From the NCBI GenBank assembly GCA_036268475.1, contig DATAUB010000035.1:254171-318170 (forward strand): DNA of 64,000 nt, read 5' to 3'. The position numbers and the translations under genes were made by a program. Source of the DNA: Bryobacteraceae bacterium. Its GTDB lineage: Bacteria > Acidobacteriota > Terriglobia > Bryobacterales > Bryobacteraceae. Below the pieces are notes generated by a model. It had not been told where the DNA came from, searched no databases, and worked only from the letters and a program-made list of their open reading frames with translations. Shown here one piece after another: positions 20,213 through 29,504 of this stretch (position 1 is the first letter of the stretch; each line of letters starts with the position of its first letter).

Positions 20213-20220
20213 GCCCTCCC

Positions 20221-20517
20221 CTACCCACCCGCGATCGCGCCCACCAGCAGTAGAGGCTCCGACCCATTCGTCACCGCCTCCGGCAACGCCTTATCCGTAG
20301 GCTCGTGCGACCAGTCTTCTTCGCACGCGAAGAAGCGCACGAACGGCCGCCGCTGGCGCGTCACGTGATCGCGAATCGTGCCCTGCAGCGTGGGGTATTT
20401 CGCCTCCAGCGCGTCGAGGACCGAAGCGATGGTCGCCCGGCCCTCGACCTCCACCTGCACTTCACTGTCGGACTTAGCCAGCGCACGCAGGTGCGCCGGC
20501 AGCACTACGCGGATCAT
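20221..20517 (-). CDS. MoaD/ThiS-family ubiquitin-like small protein ending in Gly-Gly
   Basis: Start at the ATG at 20517 ([11 protein letters not shown]). 98 aa with C-terminus [10 protein letters not shown]-stop. ATGA overlap with the upstream BNR gene. Confidence 0.75.
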   Translation of the reverse strand: MIRVVLPAHLRALAKSDSEVQVEVEGRATIASVLDALEAKYPTLQGTIRDHVTRQRRPFVRFFACEEDWSHEPTDKALPEAVTNGSEPLLLVGAIAGG

Positions 20518-21629
20518 GGCAGCGTCTGCACTTCCACCGACAGCACGGAGGGCAGATCGCGCACGATCGGCGCCCAGGTATCGCCGCCGTTGGGCGACGC
20601 GTACACCTGTCCGCCGGTAGTGCCGAAATATACGCCGCAGGAATCGAGCGAATCCACCGCCATGGCGTCGCGTAAGACGTTCACGTAGCAATCGTGCTGC
20701 GGCAGTCCATTGGTCAGCGGCTCCCACTCTTCCCCACCGGTCCGGCTGCGAAAAACGCGCAGCTTGCCTTCCGGCGGATAGTGCTCGGAGTCGCTCTTGA
20801 TGGGGACCACGAAAACCGTCTCGGGCTCGTGGGCATGTACGTCGATGGCGAACCCGAAGTCGGTCGGCAGGTTGCCGCTGACTTCGCGCCAGGAATCGCC
20901 GGCGTTATCGCTGCGCATCACGTCCCAATGCTTCTGCATAAACAGCACATCGGGACGGGACCGGTGCATCGCCACGTGATGCACGCAGTGGCCCACCTCC
21001 GCCTTGGGGTCGGGCATCATGTTCGACACCAGGCCCTTATTGATGGGCTGCCACGTCGCCCCGCCATCGTCCGTGCGGAACGCCCCCGCCGCCGAGATCG
21101 CAATATACATACGCTGCGGGTTGCCCGGATCGAGGATGATGGTGTGGAGACACATGCCGCCGGCGCCCGGCTGCCAGTGAGGTCCCGAGCCGTGCGCCCG
21201 TAGACCGGGAAGTTCCTGCCAGGACTTGCCCCCATCGGCGGTGCGAAAGATGGCCGCGTCCTCCACCCCGGCATAGACGGTATCCGGGTCGGTCAGCGAC
21301 GGTTCCAGGTGCCAGACCCGTTTGAACTCCCACGGGTGGGCCGTGCCGTCGTACCACTGGTGAGTGCCGGGGACGCCGTCGTAGACGAACTTGTTGTCCA
21401 TCGTCTCCCACGTCTTGCCGCCATCGTTGGAGCGCTGGATCACCTGCCCGAACCAGCCGCTCGATTGGGAGGCGTACAGGCGATTCGGATCGGCCGGCGA
21501 CCCTTTCATATGGTAGATTTCCCAGCCGCCGAAATGAGGGCCGGAAACCTCCCATTTTTCGCGCTTGCCATCGGCGCTCAACACAAACGCGCCCTTTTTC
21601 GTTCCTACCAGTACCCGCACCTGGCTCAT
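20514..21629 (-). CDS. BNR/Asp-box repeat (sialidase-fold-like) protein, no signal peptide
   Basis: Five Asp-boxes: [36 protein letters not shown] and SPNGGDTWA. Start at the ATG at 21629 ([13 protein letters not shown]). Confidence 0.8.
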   Translation of the reverse strand: MSQVRVLVGTKKGAFVLSADGKREKWEVSGPHFGGWEIYHMKGSPADPNRLYASQSSGWFGQVIQRSNDGGKTWETMDNKFVYDGVPGTHQWYDGTAHPWEFKRVWHLEPSLTDPDTVYAGVEDAAIFRTADGGKSWQELPGLRAHGSGPHWQPGAGGMCLHTIILDPGNPQRMYIAISAAGAFRTDDGGATWQPINKGLVSNMMPDPKAEVGHCVHHVAMHRSRPDVLFMQKHWDVMRSDNAGDSWREVSGNLPTDFGFAIDVHAHEPETVFVVPIKSDSEHYPPEGKLRVFRSRTGGEEWEPLTNGLPQHDCYVNVLRDAMAVDSLDSCGVYFGTTGGQVYASPNGGDTWAPIVRDLPSVLSVEVQTLP

Positions 21630-22039
21630 TTGGGCGCCTCGCAATTGATCATCCACGGGATGCCGAAGCGATCTAACAGCATGCCGAACCGGGCTGCCCA
21701 AAATGTTTGCTGCAAGGGCATCTGCACATTGCCGCCTTCTGCCAGCCCGTTAAAGATGCGTTCCGCCTCGGCCGTATCCTTCAGACCGATGGACATGCAG
21801 AAGCGCTTGGCCGCGCCGCCACCCTGTCCGGGCGGCGAATCCGCTCCCATAATTTCGCTGTGGTCCGTCACCAGGCGAATGTGCATAATCTTATTTTCGA
21901 AGCCCGGAGGCATCTGGCCGGCCATGGGGCTGCCGCCGTAACGGAAGAGGCCTTCGATCTTGCCCCCGAAGATCTGCTGGTAGAACGTAAAAGCTTCTTC
22001 GCATTCGCCGGTGAAATTCAAGTACGCGCTGATTTGCAT
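21626..22039 (-). CDS. VOC/glyoxalase-superfamily protein (PhnB-like)
   Basis: [26 protein letters not shown]...[20 protein letters not shown] is the typical PhnB-like family pattern. Confidence 0.75.
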   Translation of the reverse strand: MQISAYLNFTGECEEAFTFYQQIFGGKIEGLFRYGGSPMAGQMPPGFENKIMHIRLVTDHSEIMGADSPPGQGGGAAKRFCMSIGLKDTAEAERIFNGLAEGGNVQMPLQQTFWAARFGMLLDRFGIPWMINCEAPK

Positions 22040-22041
22040 GA

Positions 22042-22593
22042 CTAAGCTCCTTTTGCGGAAAACGATTTGCTGCTTTCGGTAAGGGCCTTGAGTTTGGCGA
22101 GGCCCTCCTCAAAATCTTTGCCCACCATTTTGTCCATGCTGAGGAAGATCGACATCAGCTTGAACGGAAAGGGCTGCGGTCCACGCATCGCCCAGGTTAC
22201 CGCGGTCGACGAACCTTTAGTCTCCAGGGTGAACTCAGCGATGTTGTGGGCCTGGAACGGCCTGCTAAAATCCACCCGGATACGGACCAGCGCCGGGGGC
22301 GCGGCCTCCACGATTTCCATGGCGCCTTGGCCGGCTTTCTGATTACCCGCCCATCGATATTCCGCGCCTTTCCCGCGCGCCGCGCCGGAGTAGGTCTTGG
22401 TCATGGCGGGGTCGAACTTTTCAAACGGTGACCAGGCGGCCCAATTCCGAAAGTCCTCGATCTGCGCAAAGATCCGTTCGGGGGACGCCTGCACAATCTG
22501 CGTGCGCTTCACTTCGAAGGTGTCGGGCCGGGTAGCGGCGAACCCCAGCAGCGCTACCAGTAAGACTCCGGCAATTACGATTGTGACCAGCAT
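22042..22593 (-). CDS. SRPBCC-family (polyketide cyclase/dehydrase-like) protein with an N-terminal TM anchor
   Basis: Start at the ATG at 22593 (MLVTIVIAGVLLVALLGFA). The SRPBCC-like pattern ASPERIFAQIEDFRNWAAWSPF follows. Confidence 0.7.
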   Translation of the reverse strand: MLVTIVIAGVLLVALLGFAATRPDTFEVKRTQIVQASPERIFAQIEDFRNWAAWSPFEKFDPAMTKTYSGAARGKGAEYRWAGNQKAGQGAMEIVEAAPPALVRIRVDFSRPFQAHNIAEFTLETKGSSTAVTWAMRGPQPFPFKLMSIFLSMDKMVGKDFEEGLAKLKALTESSKSFSAKGA

Positions 22594-22976
22594 TGCTCCC
22601 CCCGCGTTCTTCGCAGCGCATCCCGACGGCCCCAGGCGACCCACACATCCAGTAATCCCACCACCAGCGGCATGGCCGCGGGCGCCGCGCCCACATACGC
22701 GAACGTGAGCGCCGTCGCGCCAACCATTATGACGGTCAGAGCGCTCGCCGCCAACGGCGTCAGTTCCGGCCGGATGCGGAGCAGGCCCGGCAATATCAGC
22801 CCCACGGCGCCCAGCACTTCCGCCGCCCCGAGGAAGCGCAGAAAGGCGCCCGGCAGGGCGACCTGGCGGGTGAGATCGGCGATCGGCAGGATCAGCTTCA
22901 TAGCGCCGCTGAACAGGTACAAGAGCGCCAAAAGGCACTGCACGGCCCACAGTGCGCGGTTGCGATTGCGGGTCAT
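22575..22976 (-). CDS. DoxX-family membrane protein
   Basis: Four TM segments; ALLYLFSGAMKL and FLGAAEVLGAVGLILP are typical of DoxX. Confidence 0.75.
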   Translation of the reverse strand: MTRNRNRALWAVQCLLALLYLFSGAMKLILPIADLTRQVALPGAFLRFLGAAEVLGAVGLILPGLLRIRPELTPLAASALTVIMVGATALTFAYVGAAPAAMPLVVGLLDVWVAWGRRDALRRTRGEQCWSQS

Positions 22977-23341
22977 TGCGATCCTCCCGCGATTGGAAGA
23001 TTGGGGATTTCGAGCACCGGCCGGATCTCTACCGTACCCTTGCGCGCGCCGGGAATGCGGCCGGCGATATCGATGGCCTCATCGAGATTCCTGGCGTTCA
23101 CCAGGTAATAGCCGCCCAGGCATTCGCGTGTTTCGGCGAACGGACCGTCGGTGACCAGGCGCTTGCCGTTGCGCACCTGTACGCTGGTAGCGGTGGAGAC
23201 GGGCTGCAGCGGGGCGGTGGCCAGAAACTGTCCCTTGGCGTTGAGGTCGTGGGCTAGCTGCGTGGATTCCCCGTAGCAGTGCTCGCGCTCCTCGTCGGTC
23301 AGGGCATTCTCGGCCATGTAGATCAAAAGCATGTATTTCAT
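22973..23341 (-). CDS. YciI-family (DGPF-domain) protein
   Basis: MKYMLLIY...VTDGPFAETRECLGGYYLV...DEAI is the canonical YCII/DGPF pattern. Confidence 0.85.
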   Translation of the reverse strand: MKYMLLIYMAENALTDEEREHCYGESTQLAHDLNAKGQFLATAPLQPVSTATSVQVRNGKRLVTDGPFAETRECLGGYYLVNARNLDEAIDIAGRIPGARKGTVEIRPVLEIPNLPIAGGSQ

Positions 23342-23363
23342 TCTGTGTCCCCTTCATTGGTAA

Positions 23364-23389
23364 ATCGAACGGCGGCCCGGGAAATCGAC
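23364..23389 (-). promoter_or_regulatory. Candidate ECF-type promoter (TGTCGA-16nt-TCGA) upstream of the yciI-led operon
   Basis: Minus-strand ggTGTCGAtttcccgggccgccgtTCGAtttacc, followed by an AAGGGGA ribosome-binding site and the ATG at 23341. As far as I recall, TGTCGA is the -35 signature reported for ECF42-type sigma factors next to DGPF genes. Confidence 0.4.
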
Positions 23390-23420
23390 ACCGGGCCCAG
23401 GAGAATTTTACAATTTTTGT

Positions 23421-24674
23421 ATGGCTGGGAACGCAAGCGTCGCGGTGGAGCAGCTTTACCGGTCGGAATGGGGCCGGATTGTCGCCACCCTCATCCGCCT
23501 GGTGGGCGATTTCGACCTGGCCGAAGAAACCGCCCAGGAGGCGTTTGCCGCAGCGGTAGAGCAATGGGGCGAGCAGGGTGTGCCGGAATATCCGCGCGCC
23601 TGGGTAATCCAGACCGCCCGCCACAAAGCCATCGATCGTATCCGGCACCGGGCGCTGGCGCATGAAAAGCTGGAACAACGCGCCGCCGAAGGCTTTCTCG
23701 AAACGGTGCAGGAGCCGGACTTCGACAATCGCGAGATTCCCGACGACCGCTTGCGGCTGATCTTCACCTGCTGCCATCCGGCGCTCGCGCTGGAGGCACA
23801 GGTGGGGCTGACGCTGCGCACACTGTGCGGCCTGGAGACGGAGGAAATCGCGCGCGCCTTTCTGGTGCCGCCAGCCACCATGGCGCAGAGACTGGTACGC
23901 GCCAAACGGAAAATCAGCGCCGCTGGGATACCCTACGAAGTCCCCGAAACCAGCCAGATGGCAGAACGTCTGGACGCCGTGCTGGCGGTGATTTATCTGG
24001 TCTTCAACGAAGGGTATGCCGCCACCGGCGGCACCCTATTGCGCGCCGATCTCTGCCGGGAAGCCATCCGCCTGGCGCGGTTGGTGCGCTCGCTCACCGG
24101 GCCGAATCCCTCGCCCGAAGTCACCGGATTGCTGGCGCTCCTGCTGCTGCAGGATGGCCGCCGTGCCGCCCGCCTGGACGATGCTGGCGGACTGATGGTG
24201 CTGGAAGAGCAGGACCGCAGTCTGTGGGACCGCCGGCAGATCGCCGAAGCGCTGCCGCTGGTGGAAGAGGCGCTGCGCGGCGGCCGCCGCCCTTACGCGC
24301 TGCAGGCGGCCATCGCAGCGCTGCATTGCCAGGCAGCCCACGCGGCGGATACCGATTGGCCGCAGATTCTGAGCCTCTACGATCTGCTGGTACAGTCGTT
24401 CCCCTCGGCGGTGGTGCAATTGAATCGCGCGGTGGCGGTGGCGATGGTGCAAGGTCCTGAGGCGGGGCTGGAGATTGTCGACTCTCTGGCGGACGAACTC
24501 GCCGGCTATCACCTGATGCACGCCGCGCGCGCCGATCTGCTGCGACGCGCGGGCCGGCCGAACGCGGCGGCGGAGAGCTATCGGCAGGCGTTGGCGCTGG
24601 CTACCAACGAAAGCGAGCGGCGCTACCTGGAGCGTCGTTTGCGCGAAGTGACGGCGCGCGGGGCGGGCGGGTGA
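23421..24674 (+). CDS. ECF sigma factor with a roughly 230-aa C-terminal extension (ECF42-like, COG4941-type)
   Basis: Region 2 (AEETAQEAF...[18 protein letters not shown]) and region 4 ([36 protein letters not shown]) are followed by a long helical extension. Divergent from a YciI gene. Confidence 0.85.
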   Translation: MAGNASVAVEQLYRSEWGRIVATLIRLVGDFDLAEETAQEAFAAAVEQWGEQGVPEYPRAWVIQTARHKAIDRIRHRALAHEKLEQRAAEGFLETVQEPDFDNREIPDDRLRLIFTCCHPALALEAQVGLTLRTLCGLETEEIARAFLVPPATMAQRLVRAKRKISAAGIPYEVPETSQMAERLDAVLAVIYLVFNEGYAATGGTLLRADLCREAIRLARLVRSLTGPNPSPEVTGLLALLLLQDGRRAARLDDAGGLMVLEEQDRSLWDRRQIAEALPLVEEALRGGRRPYALQAAIAALHCQAAHAADTDWPQILSLYDLLVQSFPSAVVQLNRAVAVAMVQGPEAGLEIVDSLADELAGYHLMHAARADLLRRAGRPNAAAESYRQALALATNESERRYLERRLREVTARGAGG

Positions 24675-24757
24675 GGACATCCCGCCAAAGGTCCTGTGCC
24701 GATCGCTGGCGAGCTTGGTCCTGCAGTCTTCGCGCCGAGAGACCTGCGCCACGGAGC

Positions 24758-25432
24758 CTAAACGGCGATTGCTGTGCCGGTGATATCCGAGGCGTCGTCG
24801 GAGGCCAGGAATACTGCCAGCGCCGCTAGTTTTTGCGGGGAGACCCACTTGGAGCGATCGGCCTTCGGGTCGGAACGGCGATTGGCGTCGGTATCGATGG
24901 TGCTGGGCAAAATCGCGTTGGCCGTAATTCCCAGCTTGCGATTTTCCAGCGCCGCGGTCTTGACCAGCGATACCAGCGCCGCTTTGGTGGCGCTGTACGC
25001 CGAGATGTTGGCCGCCGGTTCGGCGGCGGCACGGCTGGCGATCGCCACAATGCGGCCGGTCTCCTGTTGCCGCATCACCGGGATCACGGCCCGCAAAATA
25101 TTCAGGGCCGCCCGTAGATTCAGTTCGAGCATGGAGTCCCAGGTGGCGTCGTCGGTCTCATGAATCGGCGCGCCTCCCGCGAATCCGCCGGTCGTGTGGA
25201 CCAACGCGTCGATGCGGCCGAATTTGTCCAACGCGTCGGCCACCAGGCGGACGGCATTGTGCGGGCGGGTGAGATCGGCCGGGATCGCTTCGAAATTGGG
25301 ATGGAGGAAGGCCGAAGGACTGATCTGCCGGCTGGTCCCCACCACGCGCGCTCCGGCTTGCAAAAAGGCCGCCGTGACGAACGTTCCCAACCCGCCGTTC
25401 GCGCCTGTGATTAACACGACTTGGTTTTCCAT
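24758..25432 (-). CDS. SDR-family oxidoreductase
   Basis: VVLITGANGGLGTFV Rossmann motif, then a YSATKAAL catalytic Y-x3-K. Confidence 0.85.
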   Translation of the reverse strand: MENQVVLITGANGGLGTFVTAAFLQAGARVVGTSRQISPSAFLHPNFEAIPADLTRPHNAVRLVADALDKFGRIDALVHTTGGFAGGAPIHETDDATWDSMLELNLRAALNILRAVIPVMRQQETGRIVAIASRAAAEPAANISAYSATKAALVSLVKTAALENRKLGITANAILPSTIDTDANRRSDPKADRSKWVSPQKLAALAVFLASDDASDITGTAIAV

Positions 25433-25539
25433 CGTGTTCCATTATAGGACCGGCAGTCCCAAAATCGGGCAGCTAATCGGGTGGTGTCGCTTTGATTTCA
25501 ATTCACGGCGGCGGCCCACGCCGTGCATGAAACCCTCTA

Positions 25540-28005
25540 ATGTTCGCAAAGGATCTGCTGCACGCCACCCGGGGACTCCGCAAGAGCCCGTCCTTCGCAT
25601 TGATCTCAATCGGCACCATCGCGCTGGGAATCGGCGCCAGCACGGCGATCTTCAGCGTGGTGAACGCGGTCTTGCTGCAGCCGCTACCTTACCGCGATGC
25701 GGGACGGCTGGCGCTTATCGAAAGCGATATGCGGCACCGCAATGTGGTCGACTTCCCGTTCTCCGGACCGGACTTCGACGATATGGTGCACCAGACCACA
25801 CAGTTCGAAGAGATCGGCGCGATATTCTCCGGACGGGCCGCGGTGCGCGACGACAACGGCGAACCGGCGCTGCTCACCAACGGCGCCGTCACGCCGAACT
25901 TCTTCCACATCCTGGGCGCCCGCGTGATCCTGGGGCGCGACTTTATCGCCGGCGACGCCACCCCGCAAGCCCCTCCCGCGGCCGGCGCCGCCGCACCGCC
26001 ACGGCTGCCCGCCATCGCCATCCTGAGCTACGACCTCTGGAAGCGGCGTTATGGCGGCGACCCGGGCGTCATCGGGCGCAGCATCGAACTCGGCGGAGGC
26101 GCGCAGGCGCAAATCGTGGGCGTGCTCGAACCGGAATTCGAGCTTCTCTTTCCCCCGGCGTCGGGAGTGGAACGGAAGCCGGAGTTGTGGACCGCGCTAC
26201 GCGCCAACTTCGCCACCGGCGGCCGCAACGACGTTTTCCTGCACCTCATCGGCCGGCTCAAACCGGGTGCGTCGGTAGAGACGGCGCAGGCGGAGGCGAA
26301 CCGCTTCGCCGCCGATCTGCGCAAACATTTCGTGATCAAGGAAACGGCCGGCCTGTACATCCGGGTAGAGCCCATGCGCCAGCATCTGGTGGATGCGGTG
26401 CGGCCCGCCATCCTGGCGATTATGGGGGCGGTGCTGTTCCTGCTGCTGATCGCGTGCGCCAATGTGGCGAACCTGCTGCTGATTCGGGCGGCGTCGCGCG
26501 GGCGTGAATTGGCGGTGCGCGCGGCGCTGGGCGGCGGCCGCTGGGACCTGGTGCGGCAGATGATGGCCGAGTCGCTGCTGCTGGCTGGATCGGGCGCGTT
26601 GCTCGGGCTGCTGCTGGCGTCGAAGGGCGTCGATCTGCTCATCTATCTGGCGCCGGCCAACCTGCCGCGGCTGGATTCGGTGGCCATCGATCCCGCGGTG
26701 CTGGTATTCACGGTAGTGGTGGCAGCTTTTTCGGCGGTGCTCTTCGGGGTAATGCCGGCGTTGCGCGCCTCGCGGCCAGACATCATGGACGTGCTGCGGG
26801 CTAGCGGCCGGACTTCGGGACTGGGACGCGGTCGCATGTTGCGCGACGGCGTGGTGATGGCGGAAGTGGCGCTGTCGTTCGTGTTGCTGGTGGGCTCAGG
26901 GCTGATGGTGCGCACGTTCCTGGCGATTGTCCATACCGATCCGGGCTTTCGTGCCGATGGCGTACTGACGTTCCTGATGCCGATCTTACGCCAGTCGCCG
27001 GAGCAACGGAACGCGGCGGAGAACGACTTCCAGAATCGCATGCGGGCATTGCCGGGTGTGACGGCGGCATCGGCGGCCAACAGCTTACCGCTGGATGGCG
27101 GGAATCCTCTGGCGCGCTGGGGAACGCAGGAAGCCATGGCGGACCCGGCGCGATTCCATCAGGCGAATTTCATTTTCATGCTGCCGGGCTACTTCGAGGC
27201 TATCGGCACGAAACTGGTGGCCGGCCGCGTTTTTACGGATGCCGACAATAAGCAGGGACTGCACCAGTTGGTGATCGACCAGCAACTCGCGTCCAAAGCG
27301 TTTCCCCACGACAGCGCCGTGGGAAAGCGGCTGCTGTGCCGCATCACCACGCCCGAGCCCGAATGGTTCGAGGTAATCGGGGTGGTGCAGCATGAACGGC
27401 ACGATTCGCTGCTCGCCGACGGGCACGACGAGGCGTACGTGATGGACGGCTACGGCGGGTTCGGCGCGGCCACCCGGTGGGCTGTGCGGACCTCGGGCGA
27501 CCCTATGAAGCTGGTGCCGATGGTGCGCGAAGAGATTGCCAAATTCGACCGGCGGCTGGCAGTAGCGGAGATGCACCCCATGAGCGCGTTCGTGGACCGC
27601 GCGCAGGCGCAGACCCGTTTCGCCCTGGTGCTGATCGGAGTTTTCGCGGCGATCGCAGCGCTGCTGGCGGCGGTGGGACTATACGGCGTACTGGCGAGCG
27701 CGGTGCGGCAGCGAACGGCCGAGATCGGCGTGCGGGTGGCGTTGGGGGCGGCGCCTTTGCGGATCTTCGGACTGGTGGTGGGGCAGGGGATGGCGTTGAG
27801 CGCGGCGGGTATCGCCATCGGGATGGTGGCGGCGTTCGCGCTGACGCGCGCAATGTCCTCCATGCTGGTGGGCGTGAAGCCCACCGACCCGTTGACTTTC
27901 GCGGCGATGGCGGGCGCGTTCCTGTTGGTAGCGGCGATCGCGTCATGGATCCCGGCGCGGCGCGCGGCGGGGCTCGATCCCACCAACGCGCTGCGGGAGG
28001 AGTAG
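25540..28005 (+). CDS. ADOP-family duplicated orphan permease (MacB/FtsX-like, two FtsX modules)
   Basis: N-terminus DLLHATRGLRKSPSFALISIGTIALGIGASTAIFSVVNAVLLQPLPYRD. Two MacB-periplasmic plus FtsX repeats in 821 aa. No adjacent ABC ATPase. Confidence 0.85.
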   Translation: MFAKDLLHATRGLRKSPSFALISIGTIALGIGASTAIFSVVNAVLLQPLPYRDAGRLALIESDMRHRNVVDFPFSGPDFDDMVHQTTQFEEIGAIFSGRAAVRDDNGEPALLTNGAVTPNFFHILGARVILGRDFIAGDATPQAPPAAGAAAPPRLPAIAILSYDLWKRRYGGDPGVIGRSIELGGGAQAQIVGVLEPEFELLFPPASGVERKPELWTALRANFATGGRNDVFLHLIGRLKPGASVETAQAEANRFAADLRKHFVIKETAGLYIRVEPMRQHLVDAVRPAILAIMGAVLFLLLIACANVANLLLIRAASRGRELAVRAALGGGRWDLVRQMMAESLLLAGSGALLGLLLASKGVDLLIYLAPANLPRLDSVAIDPAVLVFTVVVAAFSAVLFGVMPALRASRPDIMDVLRASGRTSGLGRGRMLRDGVVMAEVALSFVLLVGSGLMVRTFLAIVHTDPGFRADGVLTFLMPILRQSPEQRNAAENDFQNRMRALPGVTAASAANSLPLDGGNPLARWGTQEAMADPARFHQANFIFMLPGYFEAIGTKLVAGRVFTDADNKQGLHQLVIDQQLASKAFPHDSAVGKRLLCRITTPEPEWFEVIGVVQHERHDSLLADGHDEAYVMDGYGGFGAATRWAVRTSGDPMKLVPMVREEIAKFDRRLAVAEMHPMSAFVDRAQAQTRFALVLIGVFAAIAALLAAVGLYGVLASAVRQRTAEIGVRVALGAAPLRIFGLVVGQGMALSAAGIAIGMVAAFALTRAMSSMLVGVKPTDPLTFAAMAGAFLLVAAIASWIPARRAAGLDPTNALREE

Positions 28006-28028
28006 TAAGATTACGATAGAAGACTGAT

Positions 28029-28562
28029 ATGGCCGCCCTTCCGCAACTCATCACGGTGGAGGAGTTCCGGCAATTGCCGGAGAGCGAACTCGCGTACGAA
28101 CTGCACTTTGGCGAGGTGGTGGCAATGACCAGGCCCAAACATCGGCACGTGAATCTGCAATTACGGCTCTCCGATCTGCTTACCCCGAGGCTGAGGTCGT
28201 TTGGGAGGGTCGCGACCGAAGTGCCCTATCGACCGTTTCCTGAATTCGACCTGCGCGTCGCGGACGTGGCTGCCGTCTCTCAGGCTCGCTGGGATGCCAT
28301 CGATCCGGACGACAACCTGCGTGGAGCGCCCGACCTGGTTATCGAAGTCAAGTCGCCATCGAACACTGCACGCCAATTGCGCGAACTTGTTTCAATCTGC
28401 CTGGGAAACGGTGCGAGCGAAGTGTGGATCGTCGACACTGACAAGAAGTCCGTGACAGTCTTTCGACAGGACGGAATCCCCGCAGTCTTCATCGCTGGCG
28501 ACGTGCTCTCCCTTGCCGCTTTCGGCGGGAGCGAGCTCCCGGTCGCCGAAATCTTCGCTTAA
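28029..28562 (+). CDS. Uma2-family (DUF820) PD-(D/E)xK putative endonuclease
   Basis: ITVEEFRQLPE...YELHFGEVVAM...APDLVIEVKSPSNT...GASEVWIVD. Confidence 0.8.
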   Translation: MAALPQLITVEEFRQLPESELAYELHFGEVVAMTRPKHRHVNLQLRLSDLLTPRLRSFGRVATEVPYRPFPEFDLRVADVAAVSQARWDAIDPDDNLRGAPDLVIEVKSPSNTARQLRELVSICLGNGASEVWIVDTDKKSVTVFRQDGIPAVFIAGDVLSLAAFGGSELPVAEIFA

Positions 28563-29485
28563 ACGCCTCTTCCACCCCATCCGTAGCGAAACCCGTTCTC
28601 CGCGATGCCGCGCAATTCCGCTTCGCTGAAGCCGAAGCGTTCCGCCGCCAGCCGGTATTCGCCCACCAGCGTGCAGTGAAACATCGCCGGGTCGTCGGTA
28701 TTGAGGACGATCGGCACGCCGGCGTCGAACAGGCGGCGCACCGGATGGTCCTCGATCCGCTTCACCACGCCCGTCACCAGATTGCTCGTGATGCAGACTT
28801 CGAGCGGGATGTCGCGCTCGCGCAGATGGCTCATGAGAGCCTCATCATTTACGGCCGAAATGCCGTGGCCGATGCGCTCCGCCCCAATCTGCAGCGCCGA
28901 CCAGATCGAGTCCGGCGTGGTGCCCTCCCCGGCGTGCGCGGTGAGATGCAAACCGGCATCGCGCGCTCGTGCAAAGACATCGCCGAACCATTCCGCGGGA
29001 CCGCGCGTTTCGCTGCCGCCGATGCCGAACGCCACTACCCCGCGATCCACGCGCTCCGCGGCCAGTTTTACCACCTCCCTCGCGGGGTCGACGCCAAACT
29101 GGCGAATGGCGTCGAGAATCCATCGCACTTTCACCGGAGAAGCGGCGGCGGCCTCCTCAATGGCGTCGAAGATGGGTGCGAATTCCTGCCCTTTCCAGAG
29201 CACCACCCCGGCCGACACGATGATTTCGGCGTACTGCACATTCTGGGTGGCCAACCGTTCAAGCAAGCGACGCGCGATCAGGCCGTAGTCTTGCGGTTTG
29301 CGCAAGCGCTGGCCGATCATCGCGAAGGCCTTCAAAAAGGCGTCGAAATCGGCATACCGGTAGCCGGCGCGGAACTGTTCCACGGATGTCGTGGGGTCCA
29401 GTTCATGCAGCGTCTCCGGCTCCACCGACCCCTCCAGGTGCAAATGAAGCTCCGCCTTGGGCATTTGCGCGATGAAATCGTCCAT
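28559..29485 (-). CDS. add: Adenosine deaminase
   Basis: PKAELHLHLEGSVEP, then HAGE and VLNTDDPAMF motifs. Confidence 0.9.
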   Translation of the reverse strand: MDDFIAQMPKAELHLHLEGSVEPETLHELDPTTSVEQFRAGYRYADFDAFLKAFAMIGQRLRKPQDYGLIARRLLERLATQNVQYAEIIVSAGVVLWKGQEFAPIFDAIEEAAAASPVKVRWILDAIRQFGVDPAREVVKLAAERVDRGVVAFGIGGSETRGPAEWFGDVFARARDAGLHLTAHAGEGTTPDSIWSALQIGAERIGHGISAVNDEALMSHLRERDIPLEVCITSNLVTGVVKRIEDHPVRRLFDAGVPIVLNTDDPAMFHCTLVGEYRLAAERFGFSEAELRGIAENGFRYGWGGRGV

Positions 29486-29504
29486 ACTTGTTTATTAGAC
29501 TCTC

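Noticed and set aside
23361-23388. Direct repeat AAATCGA(A/C) spaced 20 nt apart in the sigma/yciI intergenic region, considered as a separate regulator-binding site.
   Set aside because: The two copies coincide with the proposed -35 and -10 elements of the ECF-type promoter on the opposite strand. They are more simply explained by that promoter.
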